Counted from the whole stretch's first letter, positions 21,964-34,899 are shown. The stretch is DNA of 49,718 nt, filler included, from Bipalium vagum (GCA_037834085.1; 3 parts of 3 records of this genome joined end to end with filler, not necessarily neighbours in it); one strand, 5' to 3'. Numbers and translations are program-made. Notes: a model not told the origin generated them from the letters alone.

Positions 21964-24900
21964 CCTGGCGTGATCGCCAAATTATATTCTGCAGTAGACA
22001 TTATTTGATTTTCTGCTTTTACTCTAAAAACAACTATTTAAACAAATCCTTTTTTAAATAGCCACCTCACTGTTATTTTTATTAATAATTACAAAACATT
22101 TTTAAATTAAAGAATTTTATAATTTTAGGAACTTTAATTTAAAAATAAAATTTATAACATTTTAATATCAAATTAAAAAACGTAATTTAGGAAATTAAAT
22201 AAATGTTATTATAAATGAGGTCTCTATTTTAAAAAAATTCGTTGAAAGCACTCATTATACAAAATATGTAAAGAAAAATAGTATCGAACTTAATTATCAA
22301 CTTCTCATCATTCAGCAATAATATTTAATACTTCAATTTTGAATAATCTTTAAAAACAGTGGTCGAAAATGCTGGGTTTTTAAATGTTTGAAAGATAGTT
22401 ATAAAGGCTCAGTGCAACGAATGTATTCTTGTAACGATTTCGATAAATAATCATACATAAAATTGTCAAAAACATACTGGGCGTGTTTATTAAAGGTAAT
22501 AAAATATAGTTAAAGATAGTAATTTATCACTCTAGAAAGAACAGATAGATTATATATGGTAATAAACTATTTTTGTCATTTCTGCAAGTTAACAAATGGG
22601 TTGATTGGATTACTAACACATTTTTATGAAAGGATTTAACCAAGAATTCTCTAAAGAAGTTATGTGATAAAATACTATAAGTATTAGTATTTGAAAAGTT
22701 AAGCATATCGATTGGTAAACGTTACCTAATATTAACTCTTTAAAGTTGAAGTGGACCGGTTTTTGAATTTTTTGTAAGTTAACCAGATTTCTTTTATGAC
22801 ATAATTCTGCTTCGAGGTCCGTGCTCCAGTTCTGAGAGACTTATTCAACTGACTGTGATCGTAAACCCGGGTGAAATCTAAAGTGATGTCACTTGAAAAA
22901 TTCTGTTTGGTGAGGTAGTTTTGCTTTTCTTTGGTCTTCTTTTTGTGTAATTTCCTTTTTATTTTTATCCATTCAATTAATGTTTTCGAGAAGGGAAAGA
23001 TTTAGTAAGGAATCTTAATTTATTATAATATTAATACCCTTTTTGATTCATTGTTGGTTTTCGTTGCTTGAGTTGGTAATGATGCAGAAGTTGATTCATT
23101 TGAAATTTATTCAAGGTTGTGTTAAGGTTAGACACGACTAATAAACGTTTTATATTTAAAATAATTGGTGGGAAAAGAAACACTATCAACTTTGCCAGGA
23201 ATTAGATTTTGATTGTTCATTTAATATAAATATTAATCTATAATTAAACACTAACTATCCACTGATTTTTATATTCCTCAATTCGCATATCGATCTCCGG
23301 TTTAGTTTCTCTAATCAACAATGACTCAGATTTTTCTTTCCTCTTTATTATCAATATTCCTTATAAGCACAAAGCTCTCGAGCATTAAGTATTTTTGTTG
23401 CAGTAAATTTCAAGGAATAATCTAAACCCTTATTGGTATCATGGATAACTAAAATATTAAATGACTGATAAAGAATTAATAAAATATTTTAAACATGTTT
23501 TAATTTGAATGGTCAAAAGTGGGAATAGAGAAAAGTAAATGTTTTCTCTATTCAAATAAACATGATCAAAATCTCATAGATATCATCTTATAAGAAATAC
23601 CAACACTTTAGCAGCTCTCCTAATTTTGAGCACATTAAGAACATATTTTTCGCCATTAATAATTAAGATAACAGGTCAAGCGTGTCTGATCATCTTTACT
23701 TATTAACTGTCATCTAAAATCTGTTATTCTATTAGTCCTTAAGAAATAGTTCGGTACTTGTAGAAATCTCAATTCCCCTATTTATAATAAGATTTAGTGA
23801 AGTATTATCATGGTGAATGTTATCTGATACAACATTTTTTTACTATGTATACTATCAATGTCGCAAAAGTGTCTTTCCGACTTCCGTGATGATCATCCGT
23901 CACAATAATAATCACAGTCGAAACCATTGACACAGAACGAAATTATCATTTTTGATAACTTTAAACATGTTCATTTCAAAGTCTGTCGGCGAATAAACGA
24001 TATTGAAACAATGTTTCAGATGACATTTCTAACAATAATTGAACATTAACATTGATAAATGATAATGTACATGATTATAAATAAATAAATATTATTTAGT
24101 ATTATCGATTTCTATGGTCCTTGCAAAAAGAGCTTGTGAACAAACAAAGCTAGAGTGGATTAAGTAAGGGGAAATCGTCTCAAGTGTAATTTCGTCAGAT
24201 CATGACAGTCTAAAATTTCCTATTTAATGCAATCCTGTAAATGACAAACAGAATACATTTCAACATGGCGATATTGTTTATCAGACTTCCTGGTTATTTC
24301 AGTGTCAGTGACAAAGGTGTAATGATGATTCCTAGTTTGCATATGTAGTGACACTGTCAACATCCTGCGTTTTCGATGTCGCTCCACCATGGTTGTAGAG
24401 ACATACCGCAATCATCAGCCACTAATGAATGTGGTCCAATAAATAAACAAATCTCTCATACCATTCTCAATACTTAAAGTATGATAATAAGTTTTATCTG
24501 TTATTTCCTGGTTGATATCATACTATACCATACTTAAGCAAAATATCACTGTATAATGTTGAAATCTGTAAAACATTGTTATTGTCATTAACAAATTTGA
24601 CGACATTGAGATTTTCACGTATTTTTCCAAACCATATCAGTATTGTAATCGTGGACTTGGCGTCTTAATGCGGTATCTTTCCATGATCACTGGTTATTCA
24701 AAATCATTTTCACGCTTGATTCTGTCTTCTGAGTACCTAACAAAATAAGGGTCTCTACTACTCCTTTTAAGTTCATTGACTGTCATCAACTACGAGGGCG
24801 CCATAAAGATCATCAACTGTAAATTTGGCGCCGGCCGCACAAAACATTTAAGAAAGCAGTACTGGTTCTGGTCATAATAATCGATTATTATGATAATTGT

Positions 24901-25503
24901 TAGCTTATCTGTCAGAACAGATTATCAATACAGAATCAATTTATTCAAAAAAATATTTAGTGCCAGTCAGTAATATGTACAATGGTCACATTACAAAGTT
25001 TCATGATTAAATTAACTTGATTTTGACTAGATGAGACTGCTTATGTTGAATGCAGAAGATGGAGACTTTTTGTCACAGTTTTTCCCCGGTTTTTGGTTTT
25101 TATCACTGTTGGAATCATTGAATAGAAAAATCTCGCTTTGATCAACTATTTTTGTCTGAGAAAGTGTTGATATCTAGGTTAANNNNNNNNNNNNNNNNNN
25201 NNNNNNNNNNNNNNNNNNNNNNNNNNNNNNNNNNNNNNNNNNNNNNNNNNNNNNNNNNNNNNNNNNNNNNNNNNNNNNNNNNNNNNNNNNNNNNNNNNNN
25301 NNNNNNNNNNNNNNNNNNAAAATTCATAGAAATATTGGGAAATAAACATAAAATGTAATGTACGTGTGAATTTCTTAATTCCCTTTAATATAACTCAGTT
25401 TTTAGATAAAAAATTATTTTTAATATTTATTAAAACAAAACATAATTTGAGTTTATTTCATTGGGTCAGAAATATTAAAAACTTTAACAAAGCTGGATAC
25501 AGA

Positions 25504-25910
25504 TCATACTTTATCAATATCCATAAGATTCGCTTTAGACTGGCTATTTAATGGCCAGATATTACTGATTGACTTTAGGATTCCGTCTTGTTGAGATTGA
25601 TTTAACGGGTAATGGGTCATCATCCTGCAGAGTTTCGACATGATGTGGGCAGGATATCCAGGTAAAGAATTTATATGACCAGGCTCAAATTTCGTCAGTG
25701 GCCAATTATTCCAAGTTTGATTCAATGGAACCAAATTGCGTTCAAATGCTTCAAGGTTCAGGTTTGAAGTGTCGAGTGGTCCAATATTTGTATTACAGAA
25801 TGTCCGTGGAGTATAGTGTACTGTGTGATTTCCGCGAATGACATTCTTGATGTCTTCTGGCAAGTATGAATTAATTCCCCAATCCAGAGATTTATGATCG
25901 TTTAGTATCT
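25504..25910 (-). CDS. tbx2/3: tbx2/3 exon 6: probable terminal exon
   Basis: tatag acceptor (phase 1) in the frame of ORF 25504..25863; stop at 25504-25506. Confidence 0.78.
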
Positions 25911-28900
25911 CTATATAATGATAACATTGTTATGTTTTGGTATTATATCTTGCAATCAAAATAAAGTTTATTTATTAATGATTGAAATATTACTTTGGGG
26001 ATTCATTCTTTTTTTAGGAGAACTTATTTCTGTGGAGTCACAACTTCCTTTACGCTTTAGATTTGATATTATCGGAATATTCTGATCATTGGATTGGTCT
26101 TGTAAAGAGTCTTCCTGGTTTGAAAACGTTGATTCCAAAGAATTATGACTAGCGTTCAAGTTGCCTTTGGAACTAATGTTCTTTAAAATCACTGGTGAAT
26201 TGCGATCAGGCTTAAAGGTATCCGTCACACATTCCTCTTCAGAATCTTCAGCGGAATCCGGCGATGTTGATGTTATTGTTTGCTGGAGTTTTAGTCGTCT
26301 GACCATAATATACCATTATTCAAATTGTCAACTAAAAACAAATTTTCATACTTTTTTTCCCGTCTACCACTACCATTATCCCTGAATCCCTTAGCAAATG
26401 GATTATGGTCAATTTTCAGTTGAGTAATCTGAAAGGAAAAAAATCTATAAAGGAAAGTACAACATGTTTCATCATAGAAAAATTGGGATTTCATTGGGAT
26501 TAGCCTTGATAGTGCTAAAAGCCAAAAAATCAAAGAAAGCTTCATAAAAAGAAACTCTTTTCTGCATTTTCGTGAGTAATTATGGTAATTAATGTGTGAC
26601 AGGACTGAAATCATTAGTGAATTTTCTGTGGAATAATAAACATTCATCTTTCCAGTAACAATTACGGGGGAAAAGGCTTAAATATTTGCAAGGATTACAA
26701 AACAGGTACCGATAGCAAACATCAGTGAAGGAAAAAATGGAGAAAAATTCATTTAATTAATGAATAATTTATTAATAATTGGCACAATACTTGTGATCTG
26801 ATAAGGATTATGTCATGTAGTTAAGATCAACAATTCTGGGGTTACATCAGCCTGAAATACGTACGTTAAATATATACATATTCTAATGCATTAATACAGT
26901 TTATGCATAATTTTAATTATATATTTATCCCTAACGGTATCATGTTCAATTTTAATGTATCGGCATTAAAGAATTAATAAATATATTAATAATAAATATC
27001 AGGTTCCTAATGTGATTTATTATTAATCACATAATCAAAAATTAACCGTTTAAATTATACAAAATTCATGACCATAGGCAGCGTATATTGTAACATGACA
27101 AAGGCTGCAGAAAACGAATAATAAGATTAAAGGAAAGATAAGTACAGAATCTGTGATTCGGGTATAAAGAGATGGAAAATTATAATAAAACTATGTAAAA
27201 TAAATCTGACAGAATTTCAGGAAATTGGATAGACGCCTAATAAGGAAACAAAAACAAAGCCAAATCCAATTGAATGGACAAATTACGACAGTCCAGTAAG
27301 CACAATAATAAAATTGCTTCAACCTCTTTCGAATTCTGTGGCCACTAATTTCAATATTTGATAGACGGATTGCCACTTAATGTCATATGGTAGTTTCCCG
27401 AGGTGGGAAATTGCCCACGATAGCATCTTCGGCAAATTCTGCTTGTCATTATTGTTAATTATCATTACTCTTGTTTTGTCCTCTTGGAAGTATTGATGCT
27501 TTGTGAAATAGATTTTTTCAGAGAACTGATTGTTGGGCAGTTTAACAAAATATTTTAATTATTTCCATGTACCTATCTGTTATTATAATCGATTTAACAA
27601 ATACTCATGCCTAAATTATATCTGTTAAAACTGTTTAATGAAAACATCAATTTGGTGAAATGGGAACTTTGATATGAATCTCCTTTTGTGGTAAACAACT
27701 CCACGTTGTATTGGACTTGACAGTGTTGATTTAATGGTAATGCTTAACAATAATGGTTAGAAAGCTGAAATGTGTTTAAATTTCCAGAAAGAAATTTAAT
27801 TTTTAAACATTAGTCAATTTTAAATTTTGATTTCTTGCTCTCATTTAAACAAAACACAGTGTTAAACATTAAATTATTATATATTTTATTGATTTTGATA
27901 AAAAAATGGAAATAAAAATTAATATTTAAAATTTATTGAATATCATTGGTCAAATATTTATTAAAATCTTATCAGAACAAGAAAAAAGATCCTTTTACGT
28001 ATGAAATAAAAATCTATAATTGACTATTTTAGAAGCTATATGAGGTTGATCAGAATAATTAAGATGTTTAGATCAAATATCGATTCGGATCCGAAATGCT
28101 TCCTCGTTCAGAAGGGAAAATTGCAATATAAAATTATACACAATGGTTAAACCTGTTATTTATTTCAAGGACAATCAATGACCAGATTTTTAAAAATAAA
28201 TTTAAAGAGATTTCAACAAAAATATTCAGAAAAAAATTTCAATAACAAATTCATCAATTTCTAATGGAAGAAGAATTATCAAATCATTGCCATATTTACA
28301 CATTTATTTTAATATGGAAAACTAAGAGAAATGGTCTTGAGTTCAGCTCGATTAATAAATTTGACTTAATCAATTTAATTTATTTTTTCTTGTTTGAATT
28401 TTCCGCGGACAGTCATTATGTCAAAGCGTAATTTTGAAATATTATTTTTCAGAGTGAATTAGAGATTTTGATCGATTTTTAGTTTGTTATCGACTTTCAA
28501 ATCGGTGTCTTGGATAATATCCCACCTTTAAAGTGATAAAAATGAAATAAAACAGGGCGTCTTTACTTGCAAAAATAGTAGTAAGAATAAGTTAAAATAT
28601 TTTTATAATACCAAGTTGTAAAGATATTGGTACCATAAAACAATAATAGGTCTAATTTTTGACCCAATTCGAAGAGTCTGTAGCAATATAATAATAATAA
28701 AATAATATTGACTAATTATCATATAAAATAACAACTATGTACAGACACAATCAAAATATTCTACCTTATCATTTTGATAAGCTGTAACTGCAATAAATTC
28801 AGTCGTTTTGAATAGGAAAACCTCTGGGTATTGACAAAATCTGATTTTACTAGTGTCATCAGTACGAAACAAATGGAGTCTCATGACGTATTTATGCATT

Positions 28901-30769
28901 GAATTTAGCACTAGATGCTATAAAAAAACAAAATCAACCGAATTTAAACAGCAATAATAATAATAATATTAATAATAATAATAACATTAATAATAATTAT
29001 TATTATTATTTTCAAATAGGATTATATATCTTTTTAAAAACTGTAATAACAGAAATGGTGTCAGTGTATTTTGTCTTTATATAATAATATCGGTATACAC
29101 ATTGTTTCACAATTTTTAAAGTAAAATATTGAATTTATTGTTTATTTTTATAAAAAAATATTGATTGTGGGTTTGCGAATGTAAAAAATAATCATTTTTT
29201 GAAAAAAAATTAAAACAGAAAAATTATGACGGAAAGAAAAATCAACGGCCATTGGGAAATACTGATTGGTCGGAAAGGAAGTGTAAGATGAAAATTAAGA
29301 GATTTTGAGGTGTGAATTGTAACACCTCATTCGACTAGAACTGAAAAGATGGCTTGTAGGAGAAGATGCGTGGCAATCGACATGTGTCATCCAATCAGAA
29401 TATGAACCACTCTGTTTCGTGCTTACCTGAGGATCTTTATCGGTCGGGTTGTTGGTTAGTTTCACTTTATTAAACCAAACGGCTTTTTGCATCCAACTTT
29501 CGCCGGTTGCTGGGGATTCGCAGTGATAATATATAAGCCTGTTAGATTCTGGGTCAGCTTTCCCAGCCAGAGTCCATTTGCCATTATGAAATTTGAATCT
29601 GTTGTCGTCACATGGCATAACCTCCAGAGCCAATACGTATTTCGATTTCAAATCTAGACCTGATAGCTGTACTTTAAATGCGGGAAACATTCTCCTGTTA
29701 ATAAAATATATGTTAATTAGAGAGGTTTGTTATTTATTTTTACTATTGTTTTTATTGACTTCACAAAAATCATCAATAATGAAATTGTTTAAATATTTTA
29801 TTTTTGGAATATTTTTAAAATAAAAAAATTAATTAAATATATAAATAAAAGAAATATTTTAAAAATATTTTTAGTTTTACTTTTTCTTACATTACAAATG
29901 AGAATAATGACAAAGGATAAATATAAATAAATAATATAAAATAATTTTAAAAAGTAATATATATAATTATATAAATATTAATGAGATACCACGTATTACA
30001 TACTCGTACTAACATAAAATACTTATAAATGTGATTTTGATATAAAAAGATCTCATAACTGATCTAATAACTGATAATAGCAGCCTGATCTTGTGAAGAT
30101 CATATTTCATTTTCGGCACTACAAGAAATACCAGTGGTATTTATGATGAAAGCGGTCAAAATTTAACGTGCAAAATGTTTGAAAACAAACAAAACGTTTA
30201 TCTTGAATTAAGTCAACAAAAACGAATCAACATATGAAACTGAACATTATAAAAGCCAACCTTCCAGATTTGGTAATAACCATTTCAGTTGACAGACTGT
30301 TGAATCTTTTCCACAAATCTTCTTCACACAACTTCGCTTCTATATTGTCTTTCATTTTTGTTGCAATTTCATCCTCTCTAATTTTCTCAATGTATTTCAC
30401 CATCTCCGGGCTGGGACCTTGTAAGTAACTGTTCAATAATTCCACGGAATTTGTTGGATGGGGTGGAAAATATTTCAGCGGTGGATACAATTGTGGATGA
30501 ACAATTGGAAAAAACGGCAATCCTGCTTGTTGATAAGAATTTTGTGACTTCCACAACTGATTACCGGCTGTTGACTTTGATAACTCTGCTATAGAATTGG
30601 TTAGATTCAAAGGATATGATCCGAATTGAAATGGCAATCGCTTGGTGGATAATATAAGATCTGTTGGGTTCTGAATGAACGGTTGGGAAACATCGAATAA
30701 TTTCTGAAACGATGTCGGGCCATAATTTGATAAAGTATAACGGTTCATAATGCGTTCATCCACAGTCAT
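25504..30769 (-). CDS. tbx2/3: T-box transcription factor of the Tbx2/3 (optomotor-blind) family, six exons, apparently complete
   Basis: Exons 30769-30261, 29694-29427, 28917-28765, 26428-26352, 26298-25994, 25910-25504, all GT-AG and phase-compatible. T-box motifs: LWKRF...[71 protein letters not shown]. The following GSGRREKKR is typical of Tbx2/3. Confidence 0.95.
25994..26298 (-). CDS. tbx2/3: tbx2/3 exon 5: acidic/Ser-rich region with basic NLS-like clusters
   Basis: gtcag acceptor (phase 2) in the frame of ORF 25968..26306; KRK and PKKR clusters; gtaata donor. Confidence 0.85.
26352..26428 (-). CDS. tbx2/3: tbx2/3 exon 4: T-box C-terminus
   Basis: tttcag acceptor; [25 protein letters not shown]; gtatga donor. 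Confidence 0.95.
28765..28917 (-). CDS. tbx2/3: tbx2/3 exon 3: T-box
   Basis: ttatag acceptor; [51 protein letters not shown] (153 nt); gtagaa donor. Not in the ORF track. Confidence 0.96.
28953..29010. repeat. (AAT)n switching to (TAT)n; imperfect inverted microsatellite in tbx2/3 intron 2
   Basis: Direct reading; it produces the spurious poly-N/poly-Y ORF 28899..29084. Confidence 0.8.
29427..29694 (-). CDS. tbx2/3: tbx2/3 exon 2: T-box core
   Basis: taacag acceptor; RMFPAFKV...[12 protein letters not shown]; gtaagc donor. Confidence 0.96.
30261..30769 (-). CDS. tbx2/3: tbx2/3 exon 1: N-terminus and T-box start
   Basis: ATG at 30769; ends [11 protein letters not shown]|gttggc. Confidence 0.9.
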
Positions 30770-30834
30770 AGTAATCTAAAATGATTAGTTTTGTAAAAAT
30801 GTTGTAACAAATTGTTTAAAATGGTTTTGAAATA

Positions 30835-30890
30835 GCTGATCGTTCTGATTGGTCGAATTGACACCGACTAATCAAATTGGAGATCATAGC
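30835..30890. promoter_or_regulatory. Inverted-repeat element just upstream of the tbx2/3 start codon
   Basis: TGATTGGTCG-AATTGACAC-CGACTAATCA (9 of 10 bp arms), containing a CCAAT on the gene strand and a TGACA/GGTGTCAA motif. Function is inferred only. Confidence 0.35.
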
Positions 30891-32369
30891 GATTTTTATC
30901 AATTCTATTGTCATTTGAGCTTAGAAGAAAATGGATTGCACACACACTCTCTTGTTAGTTTACATGCATTTATCGCACTTGATAAACAGCCGCGTTTGTC
31001 TGCATTGAAATCTGTTCGCAATCTATACACATACACAGACAAACTTGTGAAGGTACAAATATCGTACACGCATATTTTAAATAGTGTTTGTGTGTATAAT
31101 TATTATATATAATAATATTATAATAATTAATAATAATGGACTAAGTAAGATGAATGATGGCAAGAAAATTCGTTGTTTATAAAAATCCTATACAACATTA
31201 TAATAAATTCTGTGAAAATAATCACAAATGATTACATTTAATCTTACGTAGCTTTTTCCCCTAGATATTGTATATAAATTTCAATCAATATTAAACATGT
31301 TTTTATTGTTATTTTATTTTTTCTTGTGTTTACTTCTTACTTTTTTAGTGAAAAATCAACGAGGAGAACTGATCTCCCTTTTGGAAATTAAGGTCCTATT
31401 CTTCGTATCATTCTCTCAGAGACTGCAAGTGAGAGAAAAAGAGAGAATGGTAGAAGAAAATAATAGAGTAAAAGTAATAATTCGTTGCGCAATCACCAGA
31501 AATTGAACAAAATAATAATTTAATAAAGAATAAAATGAAAATTTCATATCTTTTATTAAATCTAATGAGTTAATATTTGACAATCGGCTAAGCGAATGAA
31601 CAAAAAAAGCAAAATGGTCTGCCATTTGACTTCCGGAAGAAAGGTTTGTGGAAAAAGACAATTATTATTGACCAAATATAATGTCGATTAGTTGCTAGGT
31701 TGAATCAACAACCTCTGCTTTCGGTCTTGTGGGACTGTGATTTGGTCTTGTTTGTTTTCGTTGGGCTGCCAGCGAAAATTATCTAAGTGATTTGTTCAAC
31801 TGATTGGATTCGTAAATTGTTGTTATTATTGTTGCAAATTAAAATCAATTGAACAATATATTAATTAATTAGTGTATTATTATTTAATCGTTAATAACAT
31901 CATCATGTCATGCAGATGTTCGGATAAAAACAATGTTTCACTACGACTTGATATGGGATTAGCAAAGATGTTTCAATCCCTTTACAGGTGGCAACCCGGC
32001 CCATTGATTTTTAATAATCCATGATCAATAACGGTAAAGAATCTGTGCTGAAGAGGAATATATACGTCGATAAAATCAAATCACTGATGCAAGAGTTTCA
32101 TGCTTGAACGACAACAGTCGTTAAGTATATATTTCAATGAATAAAGATTGTTTTTATGATTCGCTAGTGGCGCCTCTTCAGAATTTTAACCTTAATATGT
32201 TTATTGCCAACGCAATTTGTGTATCATTTTCTAATGGTTTAATTTTTTTTAATAAAAAAAATTAATGAAATTTGATAATTTAATTGTCGGCTTTATGTCA
32301 GAATTGTTGTAAGTCGGATTGTTAATATTTCTTATTGAGAATTTTAGTTCAAAACGATGTAGTTCAGTT

Positions 32370-33100
32370 GTTTTATTTTTTAATGGAAAAAAATCGGTTA
32401 CTGCGTTTTTCATTTGATAAAGGATATTTGGTGAACGGTTCACAATCGGGTACAATTTTCGTCCAAGCATTTCTGCTAAATGTTTGATAACATAAAACAA
32501 TCTTAAAACTTTCTCGTAAAAATATTTCTTTTTCCCCGGGATAAATAAATTGGAAAATCAATTAGAAAGTATCGAACTTTGAGTTTAGAAAAAGTGATTT
32601 TTTTCCATTAACTTTTTATTAATTTTTTTAAATAAAGTAATTTAATTTATCAAAAAGCGTATCATGACATTCCGGGGAAATGTTGAATTTCATGGCTTTA
32701 ATCATATAAGGACCAATTTGACCATCGCATCAATTGTTATTATTTGGGATAAATTGTATTCAGACCTCCGCTAATATATATTTATCAACTTCAAAACCCT
32801 TTCAGGTGAATACCTGACGGAAATGAGATAATATTTTCATAATTTTCAAAATATTATGTTGCTTTCGATGGATATAGAACTCATTTAAAAATTCGGTTGC
32901 GATCTTTTGATGAAGCTAATGATCTCCATTTTGTTTTCTTTATTCATTTACAAAAACAGTCTCGTCTCATCAATTAAAATTTTCTCAACAGCAGAACCCA
33001 CTGTTGAAACATCATCTAACTGAGTTTTCAATAATCTGAGTTGGAACATGATTCTTATAACTGACGCCTGCATTCCATCTCAAATCAACATCATCATACA
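32370..33100 (-). mobile_element. Probable decayed piggyBac-like transposase
   Basis: In order: YNLSQIITIDAMV (like Y.P...LTIDE.M), IFQFIYPGEK (like F.IYTGK), VIKHLAEMLGRK, FTKYPL (like FTSVPL). Frameshifted. Confidence 0.45.
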
Positions 33101-33357
33101 AAACATCACTTTAAAATAAAATGGCCTCGTTATTTTACTGTATACTTTGTTTTAAAACGAACATATTTTCAGCTAAAGATTAAGGAACAAAATTCTGTTC
33201 TCATTTACTTATTATTACCATTGAAATAATGTAATAATAAGAAATTTGTTCAGTTGCTTTTTAGCTTTGATAAGACTAATGAGATTGCTGGAGTATTATT
33301 GATATAGTTAATATCTTTTGCGACGACGTAAATCATTTTTATTTAATATTAATGTTT

Positions 33358-33433
33358 ATTATTAATATTATTAATATTATTAATATTATTAATATTATTA
33401 ATATTATTAATATTATTAATATTATTAATATTA
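33358..33433. repeat. 9-bp tandem repeat (ATTATTAAT)n running into the contig end
   Basis: About 8 perfect units visible. Confidence 0.92.
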
Positions 33434-33533
33434 NNNNNNNNNNNNNNNNNNNNNNNNNNNNNNNNNNNNNNNNNNNNTTAATTAATTAANNNNNNNNNNN
33501 NNNNNNNNNNNNNNNNNNNNNNNNNNNNNNNNN
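33434..33533. other. Artificial contig-joining spacer (44 N + TTAATTAATTAA + 44 N)
   Basis: Same construct as 15881-15980. Confidence 0.95.
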
Positions 33534-34899
33534 GACAACCCACAATTCCATTGTTTTTGAAAATTAAAACTGGTCGACTGGTTATTTCTCTCACATTAAG
33601 ATTAAGGCCCTATATGAGACTATTCAATTGTAAGGCCATTGTATAATGAGTCTTTTCTCATTTATAAATTACGAACTTATTGTAACATTTTTTCCAGAAA
33701 ATTACTCTTTGAATGAAAACAAATTCTGTTGGTTATTTCTCTTGTTCTGGTCTTTAATGGAGTCATTTTTCAATGAAATTTCACAGACTTTTGATTTATT
33801 GTGATTAATTTGTTTGAAACGAAACCGATCATGTAGCCACCGTCGAGATTTTTCTCGATCGAATTGTTTTACTGAACTGTCTGACATTAACTGATCAATT
33901 ATTATTAGAATGCTTAAATTAGTTTGTTTAAGTGAATTCATACATGATTATTGAAATAAGTAATTTTTCTATGATTAACATTGATCTTTTTTTATAATCA
34001 ATAAATATAATTTCTGACGAGACTTTAAATTCAGAAGAAAGACCAGTTCCAGAGTCACTCAAAGGAAAATTCCAATTCGATGAACAATTTCGATCGAAAC
34101 GGTCTCCGCAGATCACTTGGGGCGGCTTTTGCTCCGCATTTCGAAATGCCTTCTTTGAAAAAATATGAAAATTTTTTCGAGTATTTTTTGAATATTTTTC
34201 TTAATAATAATAAAAATAAATAATACTAATGATAAAATGATAATTATAATAATAATAATATTATTATTATTAATAATAAAAAAATAATATAAATGATATT
34301 ATTATTAATAATGATATTAATAATTTTAGTTATCTATTCTTGATAAGATTAATAATGAAAAATAACATTACATATAACATTACACAATCAATAAAATAGA
34401 AAAAATCTAAATTTTAGATAAGGAACTTTTAATGTAATAGGCTTTGTTGAAAATGTTATTTTTCGTATTAAATGATATTTAAATCATTAGTGATAATATT
34501 AGGAACAATTATTTTGAATATTATCATAATGATAATAATAATAATAATATTTTATGACTAATAATTATTATAAAAAATAGTCGTTATTTGCGGAAAAGTA
34601 TGTCAAATCCTTTACAAAGAATAATATAGAGAAATTTGGTTCTTTTTAATGCTTGCAGTATTTTTTATGAAGAATTTTGAAAGTATTTATATTTTTTTAT
34701 TCTTCTCTTTTAGATTTTTTACTCTTCTATTTTTTTCATTCAAATTTTATTACTTTCTATTGGGATACCTGTATCATCATCTATGGACATTTTTCAAATC
34801 TTTAATTTCCAAACATATTTCTGTTTTATAGAATATGAAAATGAGAGGTTAAAGAAAAATAACAAAGGGTGTCATGTTGAAATTGAAAGCAAAATTTAA

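Noticed and set aside
24180-24860. Possible hAT transposase relic (similar weak hints at 38530-38880, 3400-3900, 47340-48420 and 49070-49270)
   Set aside because: Higher-complexity sequence that is probably decayed TE, but the motifs are too weak to assign a family without a profile search.
32082-32112. Hammerhead ribozyme-like CTGATG...GAA core
   Set aside because: Lacks the canonical CUGAnGA and GAAA cores and the flanking helices.
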